DNA from: Diplonema japonicum
Taxonomy: Eukaryota > Protista > Euglenozoa: Diplonemea
DNA length: 64,000 nt
Assembly: GCA_964019335.1 (NCBI GenBank)
Contig: OZ025682.1
Span: 526,176-590,175, forward strand
Direction of reading: 5' to 3'
Shown here: piece by piece, positions 11,876-23,227 of the stretch
Layout: each line of letters begins with the position of its first letter
Numbering within the stretch: the stretch's first letter is position 1
Notes under the pieces: model-generated
Databases searched by the model: none
The model's input: only the letters and a program-made list of their open reading frames with translations
What the model was told of the DNA's origin: nothing
Position numbers and translations under genes: made by a program

Positions 11876-12156
11876 GGCGATCTTCACGCTGGCCACTGTT
11901 GGTGTCTTCTACTACTGTGCTATTAAGGAGGAGAGATTCGACTGGTGTGTGCTATAATTTCTTTTTTGGGGAGAAAAGAATTAAATAAAACAGGTTCCAG
12001 CTTGACCCCTGGTCCCCCACCAGGAGAAAGGTGAGCAAGAAGTGGCCCTCGGGTGGTCTCTTCTACGGTTGGGGTAACAACGCCCTGAACAGGGATTGTG
12101 GTCTGCTTGAGTGGTACTGCTGGCGTGGGTACTGGGGTAACGAGTGGGGCGACTAA
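11716..12156 (+). CDS. Second copy of the small single-TM (COX6a-like) gene; introns 11806-11876, 11945-11993
   Basis: Exons match 10775-11190. Introns differ mainly in T-tract length, and the flanks diverge. Confidence 0.6.
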
Positions 12157-12532
12157 GAAGATCATCCCCCCCCCCATTTTTTCTTTTTTAGTGTGTTTTT
12201 TTTTTCTCTCCAACCCCGTTTTTTTTTTGTTATTTTATCCCCACGACCACCACGATTAGCTGGACGCAAAAAGAAAAGGACCCCCTCCCCCAATCCAGCC
12301 CAAATATTTTTTTAACAAAGGGTAATTGTGATAATCAGTTTGCCTCCACCCCCCTTTTTTTACTTTTTCAAGTGTAACCGTCCAAAGAGGAAAGGAAAAA
12401 AAAAAAAAAAATCGTTCCAGCTATTCCTTTTTAAATTGTTAATTCACAAGAATGGCAAAAAAAAAAAAAAAAAAAAAAAAAATTCTCAGGAAGAGGGAAA
12501 AGGAAGTATTAAAAAAAAAAAGTTATTAGAAA

Positions 12533-13107
12533 ATGTTCCGCTCGACCGCTGTTAGGATGTGCGCCGCGAAGGAGCTTCACAACCAGAAGATGTCGACCTT
12601 GTACAAGATCATTGTGGGGGACATCTCGTTCAAGAACAAGGTAACATCCCCCCAACCCCCACACACACACACGAGCAGGCGCCTGTGAAGGATTCGACTG
12701 TGACTGAGGTGTTCGGTAGCTCGTGGAGCACGGACCTCAAGGCGTGGTTCGCAAGCGACTTCACCGCGAAAATGGACAAGGCGGATAAGGAGGCCGCCAC
12801 CGTCGTCCTTGAGAAGTACCTCACTCGCCTGGACCTGACTAGGTACACCACCAGGGAGCTCGGTCAGTTCATGACCACTGGGGCGGCGAATGTCGCGGCA
12901 ACCGCTGAGGCCCACAACGTGAGCCAAGCTAAGGAGTTCATCAAGGCGAACAGCGAGGCCGCCTTCAAGGCCCACGTCATCGCTGAGGCAGCGAACTCCA
13001 ACTGGACCTCCGCTCAGGCTGAGGTATGTACTTGTTGAAGAAAAAAGAAGGAAAAAAAAAAAACTCATTTTCCACAGGAATTCATGAAGAAGGTGAAGTC
13101 CGCTTAA
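12533..13107 (+). CDS. ATPTB4: Euglenozoa-specific mitochondrial ATP synthase subunit ATPTB4-like; introns 12641-12678, 13024-13077
   Basis: Presequence MFRSTAVRMCAA, then TLYKIIVGDISFKNKAPVKD...RLDLTRYTTREL...NSNWTSAQAEEFMKKVKSA. This closely recalls trypanosome ATPTB4 (SFKNKAPVKD, LTRYT, NANW). Confidence 0.75.
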
Positions 13108-13364
13108 AATGGGGGAAATGTTCCCTAGTGTGTGTGTGTTTTTTTTTTTCTCCCGTTTTTTCCCCCGTATTCATTTTTTTTTTCCCCAATGATTGTTTTT
13201 TTTTCATGGGGGGAAGAATAGTGTGGGTTTCTCCCTGTCTTTTTTTTCTTTTTTTTTTTTTACCGTTTTTCTGGGCTTTTTTTTTTTCATTTTGTTTTCC
13301 TAGTTTGGTCCAAAAAATGTTTTGAACAGCACTGCAACACATCTCACACGCACAACAGATTAAA

Positions 13365-13699
13365 ATGGGTGGCAAAGATGGAGGGAAAGAAAGGGGGGAA
13401 AGGGAGCCAAAGGAGGGAAGGGTAAGGGTAAGGGGAAGAACCAGGCGATAGAACCGTGCGTCTCCACGGTGACGATCAAGAGGGCGTCGGGGAGCACGCC
13501 ATTGGGGGTGGTCTTTGTGGGGTGCGAAATGGATCGCTTGCGGGTCTTGTACCGTCAATGAAGGTCTTAGAGGTCAATGGGAAACCCGTGACGTCGCCAG
13601 GTGAGATGAAGTCCGCTGCTGCAGACGAAATGACCTTCACGATGAAGGTCGCGATCAACAGCTTCACGACGAAAGGTCTTCAACGTGACAGGCCCCGGG
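13365..13699 (+). pseudogene. Degenerate 5' fragment of the PDZ/CSD/dual-PARP gene at 16856
   Basis: 13314-13699 aligns to 16805-17421 with an early frameshift, a ~25-nt deletion and a ~210-nt deletion. It then jumps to sequence matching ~19789. Confidence 0.85.
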
Positions 13700-13949
13700 C
13701 ACATCACTTAAGATACTATTTTTAAGAATACGATTGGGTTCGCCATCATAGGCAAACCATCAATTGAGGCATATTACGTCCATTTTGATTTGTGTTTATT
13801 CACCGCAGTCTTCTGCAGGTTACATTTTACCAACTATCTTTAAATCTTTATACGTTTTTACCCTTTTTTTTTTTGTGAGTTACTTGAGGCTCTCTACTTT
13901 TTAATTTAGCTTACAAGACTTGTAGCACACCACCAGATCCTCAACAAAA

Positions 13950-16623
13950 ATGGTGAACCACGCGAAGGCCTTTGTGGGCCTGCTGTTCGTTGCACTGACG
14001 CTCGGGCTCGCCGCCGGGAGCGAGGAGGCAGCAGCCGGTGGGGAGAAGTACGGGTTCCAGGCGGAGGTGTCGAAGATGCTGGACATCATCATCAACGCAC
14101 TGTACACGAACCGAAACATCTTCCTGCGTGAGGTGATCTCGAACGCGTCTGACGCCCTCGACAAGATCAGGTTCCTGTACCTCACGAACCCGAAGACCCC
14201 CATGAACAAGGACGGGGAGCCTCCCAAGATGGACATCCGAATCAAGGTGGACAAGGAGAACCGCCTCCTCACCATCTCGGACGGTGGGATCGGGATGACA
14301 AAGGAGGAACTCGTGAACCACCTCGGGTCGCTCGGGTCATCCGGGACGAAGAACTTCGTGGAGAAGATGAAGGAGTCAAACGATGCGAGCCTCATCGGGC
14401 AGTTCGGTGTTGGTTTCTACTCCGTGTTCCTGGTGGCGGACGAGGTGAGGGTGGCGTCGAAGAACGATGCGAGCGACACTCAGTGGGTGTGGAAGAGCAA
14501 GGCGGACGGGGACTTCTACATCTACGAGGACCCCAGGGGGAACAGCCTCGGGAGAGGGACAGAGATTGAGATCGAGGTGAAGAAGGATGCCGAGGAGTTC
14601 CTCGACACCGACAAGTTGAAGGAGATCGCCACGAAGTACAGCGAGTTCATCCAGTTCCCCATCTACCTTCAGACCTCGAAGACCGAGAAGGTCCCCAAGG
14701 AGAAGGAGGAGACCGAGAAGGAGGCGGGTGACGATGAGGAGGCCGAGGTGAAGGATGAGGGAGAGGACAAGGAGGAGAAGGAGGAGGAGATGGAAGAGGT
14801 GACAACCTACGACTGGGATCTTGTGAACGAGAACAAGCCGATCTGGCAGAGGAAGGCGGAAGAGATCACCGAGGAGGAGTACAATAGCTTCTACAAGGCC
14901 ATCTCCAAGGACTACCAGGACCCCCTTTACAAGGTTCACTTCAGTGCTGAGGGTGAGGTGTGTGTTTGTTGTTTGCGGGCTTGTTTTCTTTATCAACACT
15001 CAAAACAGGTTGAGTTCAGGTCCATCCTGTTCATCCCCAAGTCCACCCAGACCAACCAGTTCGACATGAACCAGCAGACCCAGAACAACATCAGGCTGTA
15101 TGTTAAAAAAAGAAAAGGAAACACAATACAAACCCATTCTCCACACAGGTACGTTCGCCGTGTGTTCATCACCGACGACTTCAAGGACCTTCTCCCCCGC
15201 TACCTTGGTTTCGTGAAGGGTGTTGTGGACAGTGACGATCTTCCCCTGAACGTGAGCAGGGAACTCCTCCAGGAGAGCAGGATCTTGAAGATCATCAAGA
15301 AGAAGCTGGTGTGTGTTCTAATTTCAAAAGAAGAAAAAGGAAAGGGTTTCCATTTACTATTTTTACTTTTTTTTTTCTCTCACAGATCCGTAAGGCCCTC
15401 GCGATGATGAAGGACCTGGCGGAGGAAGATGAGGCTGAGGAGGAGGAGGAGGAGGAGGTTGCAGAGGGTGAGGAGAAGAAGGAGACCGAGCCGAAGGAGA
15501 AGAAGTACGGGAAGTTCTGGGAGGAGTTCGGACGCAGCATCAGGCTGGGACTTATCGAGGACGGGACGAACAGGTCGCGCCTCACGAAGCTCCTGAGGTA
15601 CAAGACCAGCAAGTCGAAGGGAGAGTGGTCGTCCCTGGATGCCTACGAGGGGAGGATGCTGGAGAACCAGAAGGAGATCTACTACATCGTCGGGGAGAGC
15701 GTTGAGAAGATCAAGGAGACCCCTGCCTGCGAGGACGCGGAGAAGAGGGGTGTGGAGGTGATCTACATGACGGATGCGATCGACGAGTACGTGGTGGGAC
15801 ACCTCACGGACTACAACGGGCACAAGCTTGTGAACCTTGTGAAGGAGGCACCGAAGATCGGCGAGGAGGATGGTGAGAAGGCAAAGAAGATCGAAACGAA
15901 GAGGAAGGAGGCCTACCAGCCGCTGGTGGACTGGTTCAAGAACGTTCTCGGGACAAAGGTCACCAAGGTGATCCTCACGAAGAGGAAGACCTCGTCGCCC
16001 ATGATCGTGAGCAGCCCTCAGCACGGGCTCACCGCCAACATGGCGAGGATCATGAAGGGCCAGGCCCTCGGTGAGAAGAACATGCAGATGCAGGAGGACG
16101 TGAAGCGTATCCTGGAGCTCAACTACTTGAACCCCATCATTGACGAGATCAACAAGCGTATCAAGGTGTGTTGGAGAAAACAAGCAAAAAAAAGAAAAAG
16201 AAAAAGAAAAAACCCTCTCAAAAAAAAAAAAAACATTTTAAAAAAAGGCTGACGCTGAGGACACCCAGGCAAAAGACACCGCCGAGATCTTGTTCGACCT
16301 TGCCTCCCTGCAGAGCGGTTTCGGTATGTAGTCGACACACACCCCCCCCCCCCCCACAAACACGCGCTCAACTTTTTTCCCTTTCAGCCCTGGAGGACAC
16401 GAAGGGCCTCTCTGCCCGTCTGGAGAGGATGCTGAAGAGCGGTCTTGACGTGGACCTCGCTGCAGCGGATGTGGAGGAGGAGGAGTACGACCTCGACGAT
16501 GAGGAGGAGGAGGCTGAGGAGGAGGCAGGTATGTAGCCATCAACCAAAATAACGGCACAACGTAACTCTTACCCAGCTGACGAGGAGCCCGTGGAGGAGG
16601 AGAAGAAGGACGAGGAGCTTTAA
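13950..16623 (+). CDS. HSP90B1: ER Hsp90 (GRP94/endoplasmin), copy 1; introns 14958-15008, 15098-15148, 15309-15385, 16166-16247, 16324-16387, 16529-16576
   Basis: Signal peptide plus [27 protein letters not shown] and [15 protein letters not shown]. The spliced CDS is 766 aa and ends ...KKDEEL*, an ER-retention-like tail. Confidence 0.95.
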
Positions 16624-16855
16624 ACACGCTTCGATTTTCGTTTGACTTGCAACACCGTCAAACATCTTTACATTTTATTTCTCTTGTTTCAAGCAGATCC
16701 GACTTTTCTGCTGCGTTTCCCTCTCTTTTAAAACAACGGACGCAAAGTGAAACATCCGACATTCCACTTTGCTACAGGTAACTCGAATTAGGTTGTAGTG
16801 TAATAAAATGTTTTGAACAGCACTGCAACATATTTCACACGCACAACAGATTAAA

Positions 16856-19672
16856 ATGGGTGGCAAAGATGGAGGGAAAGGAAAGGGGGGAAAGGGAGCC
16901 AAAGGAGGGAAGGGTAAGGGGAAGAACCAGGCGATAGAACCGTGCGTCTCCACGGTGACGATCAAGAGGGCGTCGGGGAGCACGCCATTGGGGGTGGTCT
17001 TTGTGGGGTGCGAAATCACAAAAGTGAGACTCGGCACCCCTGGATCGCTTGCGGGTCTTGTACCGTCGATGAAGGTCTTAGAGGTCAATGGGAAACCCGT
17101 GACGTCGCCAGGTGAGATGAAGTCCGCTGCTGCCGACGAAATAGCCTTCACGATGAAGGTCGCGATCAACAGCTTCACAACAAGGCAGAAGGGGACGGTC
17201 AACTCGTGGAAGAAAGAGAAGGGCTTTGGCTTTATATCCCCAGCAGTACCTGTTTTCTTCCCTGCCACGGACAGCATCCCACAGAACATCTCCATCGCTG
17301 ATGTCTTCTGCTTATCGTCTGGCATTGTAGGTGAGTCGAGCCTTCTCGTTGGCCAGCCTGTTGAGTTCATGCTGCGCCTAGAAGGAGGCAGGGCAAAGGC
17401 CTTCGACGTGACAGGCCCCGGGAGGGAAACCCCTCTGATGTATAAACCTGAAGAGGACACCAAGACACCTGTCGCTGCCGATATCGATTCCATCGTCAAA
17501 GGGAAGGACAGTTTTGACGAGGGACGGAGCATCTGCCTTCTCTACGCGGCGGGGAGGTGTCCGTTCGACGACCCACAAGGAACAGCATGCCCTAAAGGAC
17601 TGCATGTCAGGAAGAAGATGGCCACGCAAGCAGTTTGCAAGATTCCTGATGCCCCTGCCGAATGCTTCACGGTCAGACCCATTTCGTACGGTGGTAAAGG
17701 CGACAAGAAGCTCACCTTCGACATCAGCGAGGAGGGGCGGGCATTCTACACCCTTAGTGCGACAAAGACGTACTACTTCAAGCACCTCACTTACGATGGT
17801 GCAGACACCGTCAGGTTCACCGATCTGAACACGTGGATCAAGCTCTCACGCGAAAGCATCATTCGCACACTGACGGGTTTGAAAGCTATCGCAAACAAGG
17901 CCAACGTCACACACGACATCCCCGACAAGTTGCAGGAAGTAGAAGAAACCCTTGACAGAATTATGCTTCCCGTCAGCAAAGCCAAGCTGAACCTATTGAT
18001 GTCGCAGTTCAAGGAGGCAAGCTCAAACACACTGACTGTCCACAAAGCGTGGCAGCTGAAGAACGAATCCTTGGACTTCAGGTTCCGTAGCACGGAATAC
18101 AACATGACGCAGCAGAACGGAAAGACACCCGACATGATCGACGGCTACCATGGCACTGCGGAGTCAAGCGTGCTGGGCATCGCTCTGCACGGCTTCGACC
18201 CACTTAGGAGGAGCGGTCAAGTATTCGGCGAAGGGGAGTACTTCGCGAAGGATCCAAGGGTGTCTGTTGGTTACTGCAGGGGAGGGAACTATATGTTCCT
18301 CTGTAAGCTGATCCTTGGTGAAGAACAGGACCACACGTGGGTACCACACCAGCAGTACTACATCATGAAGCAACGTGAGGGCAACATCCAGGCTATACCC
18401 ATGTTCCTGATAAAGTTTACGAAGCACGTGTCACTCCTTGACTGTCATCTGTCTTCGTATGCAGAGGATGCTAAGGAAGCTGAGAAAGAAACACTGCGCA
18501 GGTTGGGCGAGAAGCAAAGAGGTGGTGTTCATCCGTGCAGGGGCAGGACTGACGGTGCCATGATGGCAGCGAAGACCGATCGCCTATGGGTAGGGTGGTT
18601 GCACCCCACCTTGGCCAGTGACGAGGACGAGCTTGAAGAGAATGTTAAACAGTTCCTTGAAGGGTACCAGGTGTCCATGGTGAAGTCACAGAGGAATGGT
18701 GCTCGCGTCGGTGCATTCGTGGAGCTGGAGCACCCCATCACACAGCTGCAGGTTGCGGAGCTGAACACCCGACCGTACATGGAGCAGTACAGCATCTCAG
18801 TCGACGATGCCCAACTGAACAACCCTTACACCAACAACAAGCACTGCCCGAAACTTTCCGGCCCTGGGTCCTTCTGCAGGGGGTGGAACCTCCGTGGCCA
18901 CCACGACTGGACGGAAGGGTGCACCTTCAAGCACGACATCGAGAGGTTCGTCAACCACGGCGCGAGCGTCGCCTACGAGAGGATCCCCAGGGGGGCGAAA
19001 TATGATGAGCTGTCCAGCTCCATTCCTGGCAAGGTCATCGACATCCAGAGAATTGTGCACCCCAAGCAGGAAAAGGCATACGAGTCCCGAAGAGCCTTTT
19101 TGAATGAGAAACACGGCTACGTGATCGAAAAGGAGCTGTGGCACGGGACAGCTTGTTCTGTGCTTGATACGATTATTAAGAATGGGTTGCAATGTCCGTC
19201 GGATTGTGTGCCCGGGAAAGACTGTCCAGTGTCAGGGGGTAAGGGGCTCAGCACGACCTTGTGTGGGACGGACTGCAAGCACTGTACCGAAAGGCACGAC
19301 TGGAAGAGGTGCCACATGTTCGGGTTGGGTATTTATCTAGCAGACGACCCTAGCAAGTCGCACAGGTACGTCACACCGCACAAGGGCGTCCACAGCTTGG
19401 TGCGCTGCAGGGTGAACCTCGGTAACCCGTACCTCATCGAGGCCAACCTGTTAGAGGGCGACGGCCTGCACAACATTGTGAACTGCGTTGACCCCACCAA
19501 CTACCTCAGTGCCACCGGTGAGGGGTGGGACACACAAAAAGGCCACGATTCGTACTTCGTGAAAGGCCTGAAACACAAGGCTAAGGTAGGGTTCGGTGTC
19601 ATCAACAGCGAATACATCATCTTCCAACCCTATCAAGTACTTCCTCTTTACATTGTTAACTATACCGTTTAA
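16856..19672 (+). CDS. Multidomain protein: KGG tail-PDZ-cold shock domain-CCCH-PARP/ART-RRM-like-CCCH-PARP/ART (intronless)
   Basis: PDZ (PLGVVF...GSLAGLV...VLEVNG); CSD (GTVNSWKKEKGFGFI...DVF); CCCH finger (CLLYAAGRCPF...CPKGLH); ART1 (YHGT, FGEGEYFA); RRM-like (LWVGWL...AFVEL); ART2 (WHGT, MFGLGIYLADDPSKS, NSEYIIFQPYQVLPLY). Confidence 0.85.
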   Translation: MGGKDGGKGKGGKGAKGGKGKGKNQAIEPCVSTVTIKRASGSTPLGVVFVGCEITKVRLGTPGSLAGLVPSMKVLEVNGKPVTSPGEMKSAAADEIAFTMKVAINSFTTRQKGTVNSWKKEKGFGFISPAVPVFFPATDSIPQNISIADVFCLSSGIVGESSLLVGQPVEFMLRLEGGRAKAFDVTGPGRETPLMYKPEEDTKTPVAADIDSIVKGKDSFDEGRSICLLYAAGRCPFDDPQGTACPKGLHVRKKMATQAVCKIPDAPAECFTVRPISYGGKGDKKLTFDISEEGRAFYTLSATKTYYFKHLTYDGADTVRFTDLNTWIKLSRESIIRTLTGLKAIANKANVTHDIPDKLQEVEETLDRIMLPVSKAKLNLLMSQFKEASSNTLTVHKAWQLKNESLDFRFRSTEYNMTQQNGKTPDMIDGYHGTAESSVLGIALHGFDPLRRSGQVFGEGEYFAKDPRVSVGYCRGGNYMFLCKLILGEEQDHTWVPHQQYYIMKQREGNIQAIPMFLIKFTKHVSLLDCHLSSYAEDAKEAEKETLRRLGEKQRGGVHPCRGRTDGAMMAAKTDRLWVGWLHPTLASDEDELEENVKQFLEGYQVSMVKSQRNGARVGAFVELEHPITQLQVAELNTRPYMEQYSISVDDAQLNNPYTNNKHCPKLSGPGSFCRGWNLRGHHDWTEGCTFKHDIERFVNHGASVAYERIPRGAKYDELSSSIPGKVIDIQRIVHPKQEKAYESRRAFLNEKHGYVIEKELWHGTACSVLDTIIKNGLQCPSDCVPGKDCPVSGGKGLSTTLCGTDCKHCTERHDWKRCHMFGLGIYLADDPSKSHRYVTPHKGVHSLVRCRVNLGNPYLIEANLLEGDGLHNIVNCVDPTNYLSATGEGWDTQKGHDSYFVKGLKHKAKVGFGVINSEYIIFQPYQVLPLYIVNYTV

Positions 19673-19910
19673 TAACTTAACTTGGTGCCTCCTCTAACCT
19701 TGAGGCAACAGTTACAACTTCTTGTACTTCTATCCTTTCTCATTTTTTAAGATTTTATATTTTTTTAAAGCAAGACGCAGACTAGGACTACGATTGGGTT
19801 CGCCGTCCTTGGCATCATATTGCGTCCATTTTGATTTGTGTTTATTCACTGCAGTCTTCTGCGGGTTACATTTTACCAACTATCTTTAAATCTTTATACG
19901 TTTTTACCCT

Positions 19911-20469
19911 CTCCCTTGGTACCACGAGCATGGGCTGCAGAAGAAATACCTCCCAGGCCTAATCCCATTTGTCCTCAACTGCTAAAGGCCCTAAAATGGG
20001 GCGAGGACGGCGGGCAAGTTTCTAAGGCGGAACTGGCGGTCGACCTCATTGCAACGGAAAGGCTCCACATGGGTGGTGAAGACATAGCATGCTGGGCGAG
20101 AAAGCTCGGCAGGATTCTCAGCGTCTTAGAAAGGATCCATATAAAAGGGACGGGGAATCATCTGATTCCGGCAAAAACTATTAAGTCAGTACACTCACTA
20201 CGCACCCTAGGGCTCCACAGCCATGCCGTCACTGGCTACTCCACTCGCCCGATCTTCGCGTCCCCGAAGGTCACCCACTCGATCCTAGAGGAGCAAATGC
20301 GAACGCATTGCATCCTCAACAACTCGCTAGTCGGTTTCACGCCCAAGCTGCTGATGAGATACTACAACGGGCCTAAGGCACTACCACGACAGAAGGGATC
20401 AAACACTAGATCAGTTGATTGTCGTTAGGCGATCCTGTCACATACTGCAGGTTCCCTTCAAAGACACCT
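19911..20469 (+). mobile_element. ~560-bp segment present in only one copy of the duplicated spacer; possible 3' fragment of a non-LTR retrotransposon
   Basis: Absent from the paralogous site at ~13863, with CCT at both junctions. Carries an open frame to 20428 with VSKAELAVDL...VHSLRTLGL...GYSTRPIF. Confidence 0.45.
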
Positions 20470-20553
20470 TTTTTTTTTGTGAGTTACTTGAGGCTCTCTA
20501 CTTTTTAATTTAGCTTACAAGACTTGTAGCACACCACCAGATCCTCAACAAAA

Positions 20554-23227
20554 ATGGTGAACCACGCGAAGGCCTTTGTGGGCCTGCTGTTCGTTGCACT
20601 GACGCTCGGGCTCGCCGCCGGGAGCGAGGAGGCAGCAGCCGGTGGGGAGAAGTACGGGTTCCAGGCGGAGGTGTCGAAGATGCTGGACATCATCATCAAC
20701 GCACTGTACACGAACCGAAACATCTTCCTGCGTGAGGTGATCTCGAACGCGTCTGACGCCCTCGACAAGATCAGGTTCCTGTACCTCACGAACCCGAAGA
20801 CCCCCATGAACAAGGACGGGGAGCCTCCCAAGATGGACATCCGAATCAAGGTGGACAAGGAGAACCGCCTCCTCACCATCTCGGACGGTGGGATCGGGAT
20901 GACAAAGGAGGAACTCGTGAACCACCTCGGGTCGCTCGGGTCATCCGGGACGAAGAACTTCGTGGAGAAGATGAAGGAGTCAAACGATGCGAGCCTCATC
21001 GGGCAGTTCGGTGTTGGTTTCTACTCCGTGTTCCTGGTGGCGGACGAGGTGAGGGTGGCGTCGAAGAACGATGCGAGCGACACTCAGTGGGTGTGGAAGA
21101 GCAAGGCGGACGGGGACTTCTACATCTACGAGGACCCCAGGGGGAACAGCCTCGGGAGAGGGACAGAGATTGAGATCGAGGTGAAGAAGGATGCCGAGGA
21201 GTTCCTCGACACCGACAAGTTGAAGGAGATCGCCACGAAGTACAGCGAGTTCATCCAGTTCCCCATCTACCTTCAGACCTCGAAGACCGAGAAGGTCCCC
21301 AAGGAGAAGGAGGAGACCGAGAAGGAGGCGGGTGACGATGAGGAGGCCGAGGTGAAGGATGAGGGAGAGGACAAGGAGGAGAAGGAGGAGGAGATGGAAG
21401 AGGTGACAACCTACGACTGGGATCTTGTGAACGAGAACAAGCCGATCTGGCAGAGGAAGGCGGAAGAGATCACCGAGGAGGAGTACAATAGCTTCTACAA
21501 GGCCATCTCCAAGGACTACCAGGACCCCCTTTACAAGGTTCACTTCAGTGCTGAGGGTGAGGTGTGTGTTTGTTGTTTGCGGGCTTGTTTTCTTTATCAA
21601 CACTCAAAACAGGTTGAGTTCAGGTCCATCCTGTTCATCCCCAAGTCCACCCAGACCAACCAGTTCGACATGAACCAGCAGACCCAGAACAACATCAGGC
21701 TGTATGTTAAAAAAAGAAAAGGAAACACAATACAAACCCATTCTCCACACAGGTACGTTCGCCGTGTGTTCATCACCGACGACTTCAAGGACCTTCTCCC
21801 CCGCTACCTTGGTTTCGTGAAGGGTGTTGTGGACAGTGACGATCTTCCCCTGAACGTGAGCAGGGAACTCCTCCAGGAGAGCAGGATCTTGAAGATCATC
21901 AAGAAGAAGCTGGTGTGTGTTCTAATTTCAAAAGAAGAAAAAGGAAAGGGTTTCCATTTACTATTTTTACTTTTTTTTTTCTCTCACAGATCCGTAAGGC
22001 CCTCGCGATGATGAAGGACCTGGCGGAGGAAGATGAGGCTGAGGAGGAGGAGGAGGAGGAGGTTGCAGAGGGTGAGGAGAAGAAGGAGACCGAGCCGAAG
22101 GAGAAGAAGTACGGGAAGTTCTGGGAGGAGTTCGGACGCAGCATCAGGCTGGGACTTATCGAGGACGGGACGAACAGGTCGCGCCTCACGAAGCTCCTGA
22201 GGTACAAGACCAGCAAGTCGAAGGGAGAGTGGTCGTCCCTGGATGCCTACGAGGGGAGGATGCTGGAGAACCAGAAGGAGATCTACTACATCGTCGGGGA
22301 GAGCGTTGAGAAGATCAAGGAGACCCCTGCCTGCGAGGACGCGGAGAAGAGGGGTGTGGAGGTGATCTACATGACGGATGCGATCGACGAGTACGTGGTG
22401 GGACACCTCACGGACTACAACGGGCACAAGCTTGTGAACCTTGTGAAGGAGGCACCGAAGATCGGCGAGGAGGATGGTGAGAAGGCAAAGAAGATCGAAA
22501 CGAAGAGGAAGGAGGCCTACCAGCCGCTGGTGGACTGGTTCAAGAACGTTCTCGGGACAAAGGTCACCAAGGTGATCCTCACGAAGAGGAAGACCTCGTC
22601 GCCCATGATCGTGAGCAGCCCTCAGCACGGGCTCACCGCCAACATGGCGAGGATCATGAAGGGCCAGGCCCTCGGTGAGAAGAACATGCAGATGCAGGAG
22701 GACGTGAAGCGTATCCTGGAGCTCAACTACTTGAACCCCATCATTGACGAGATCAACAAGCGTATCAAGGTGTGTTGGAGAAAACAAGCAAAAAAAAGAA
22801 AAAGAAAAAGAAAAAACCCTCTCAAAAAAAAAAAAAACATTTTAAAAAAAGGCTGACGCTGAGGACACCCAGGCAAAAGACACCGCCGAGATCTTGTTCG
22901 ACCTTGCCTCCCTGCAGAGCGGTTTCGGTATGTAGTCGACACACACCCCCCCCCCCCCCACAAACACGCGCTCAACTTTTTTCCCTTTCAGCCCTGGAGG
23001 ACACGAAGGGCCTCTCTGCCCGTCTGGAGAGGATGCTGAAGAGCGGTCTTGACGTGGACCTCGCTGCAGCGGATGTGGAGGAGGAGGAGTACGACCTCGA
23101 CGATGAGGAGGAGGAGGCTGAGGAGGAGGCAGGTATGTAGCCATCAACCAAAATAACGGCACAACGTAACTCTTACCCAGCTGACGAGGAGCCCGTGGAG
23201 GAGGAGAAGAAGGACGAGGAGCTGTAG
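20554..23227 (+). CDS. HSP90B1: ER Hsp90 (GRP94/endoplasmin), copy 2 (same six introns, offset +6604)
   Basis: Appears identical to copy 1, introns included, up to the last codon (CTG TAG vs CTT TAA). Confidence 0.95.

Larger units (their letters stand above)
13314..23223 (+). repeat. Tandem segmental duplication [PARP gene or remnant + spacer + GRP94] x2: 13314-16619 and 16805-23223
   Basis: Direct sequence identity of the spacer (13729-13949 vs 19789-20553, less the insert) and of GRP94. Confidence 0.9.

Noticed and set aside
14376-22787. Long minus-strand Leu-rich ORFs over GRP94 and other GC3-rich genes
   Set aside because: They are antisense open frames caused by codon bias.
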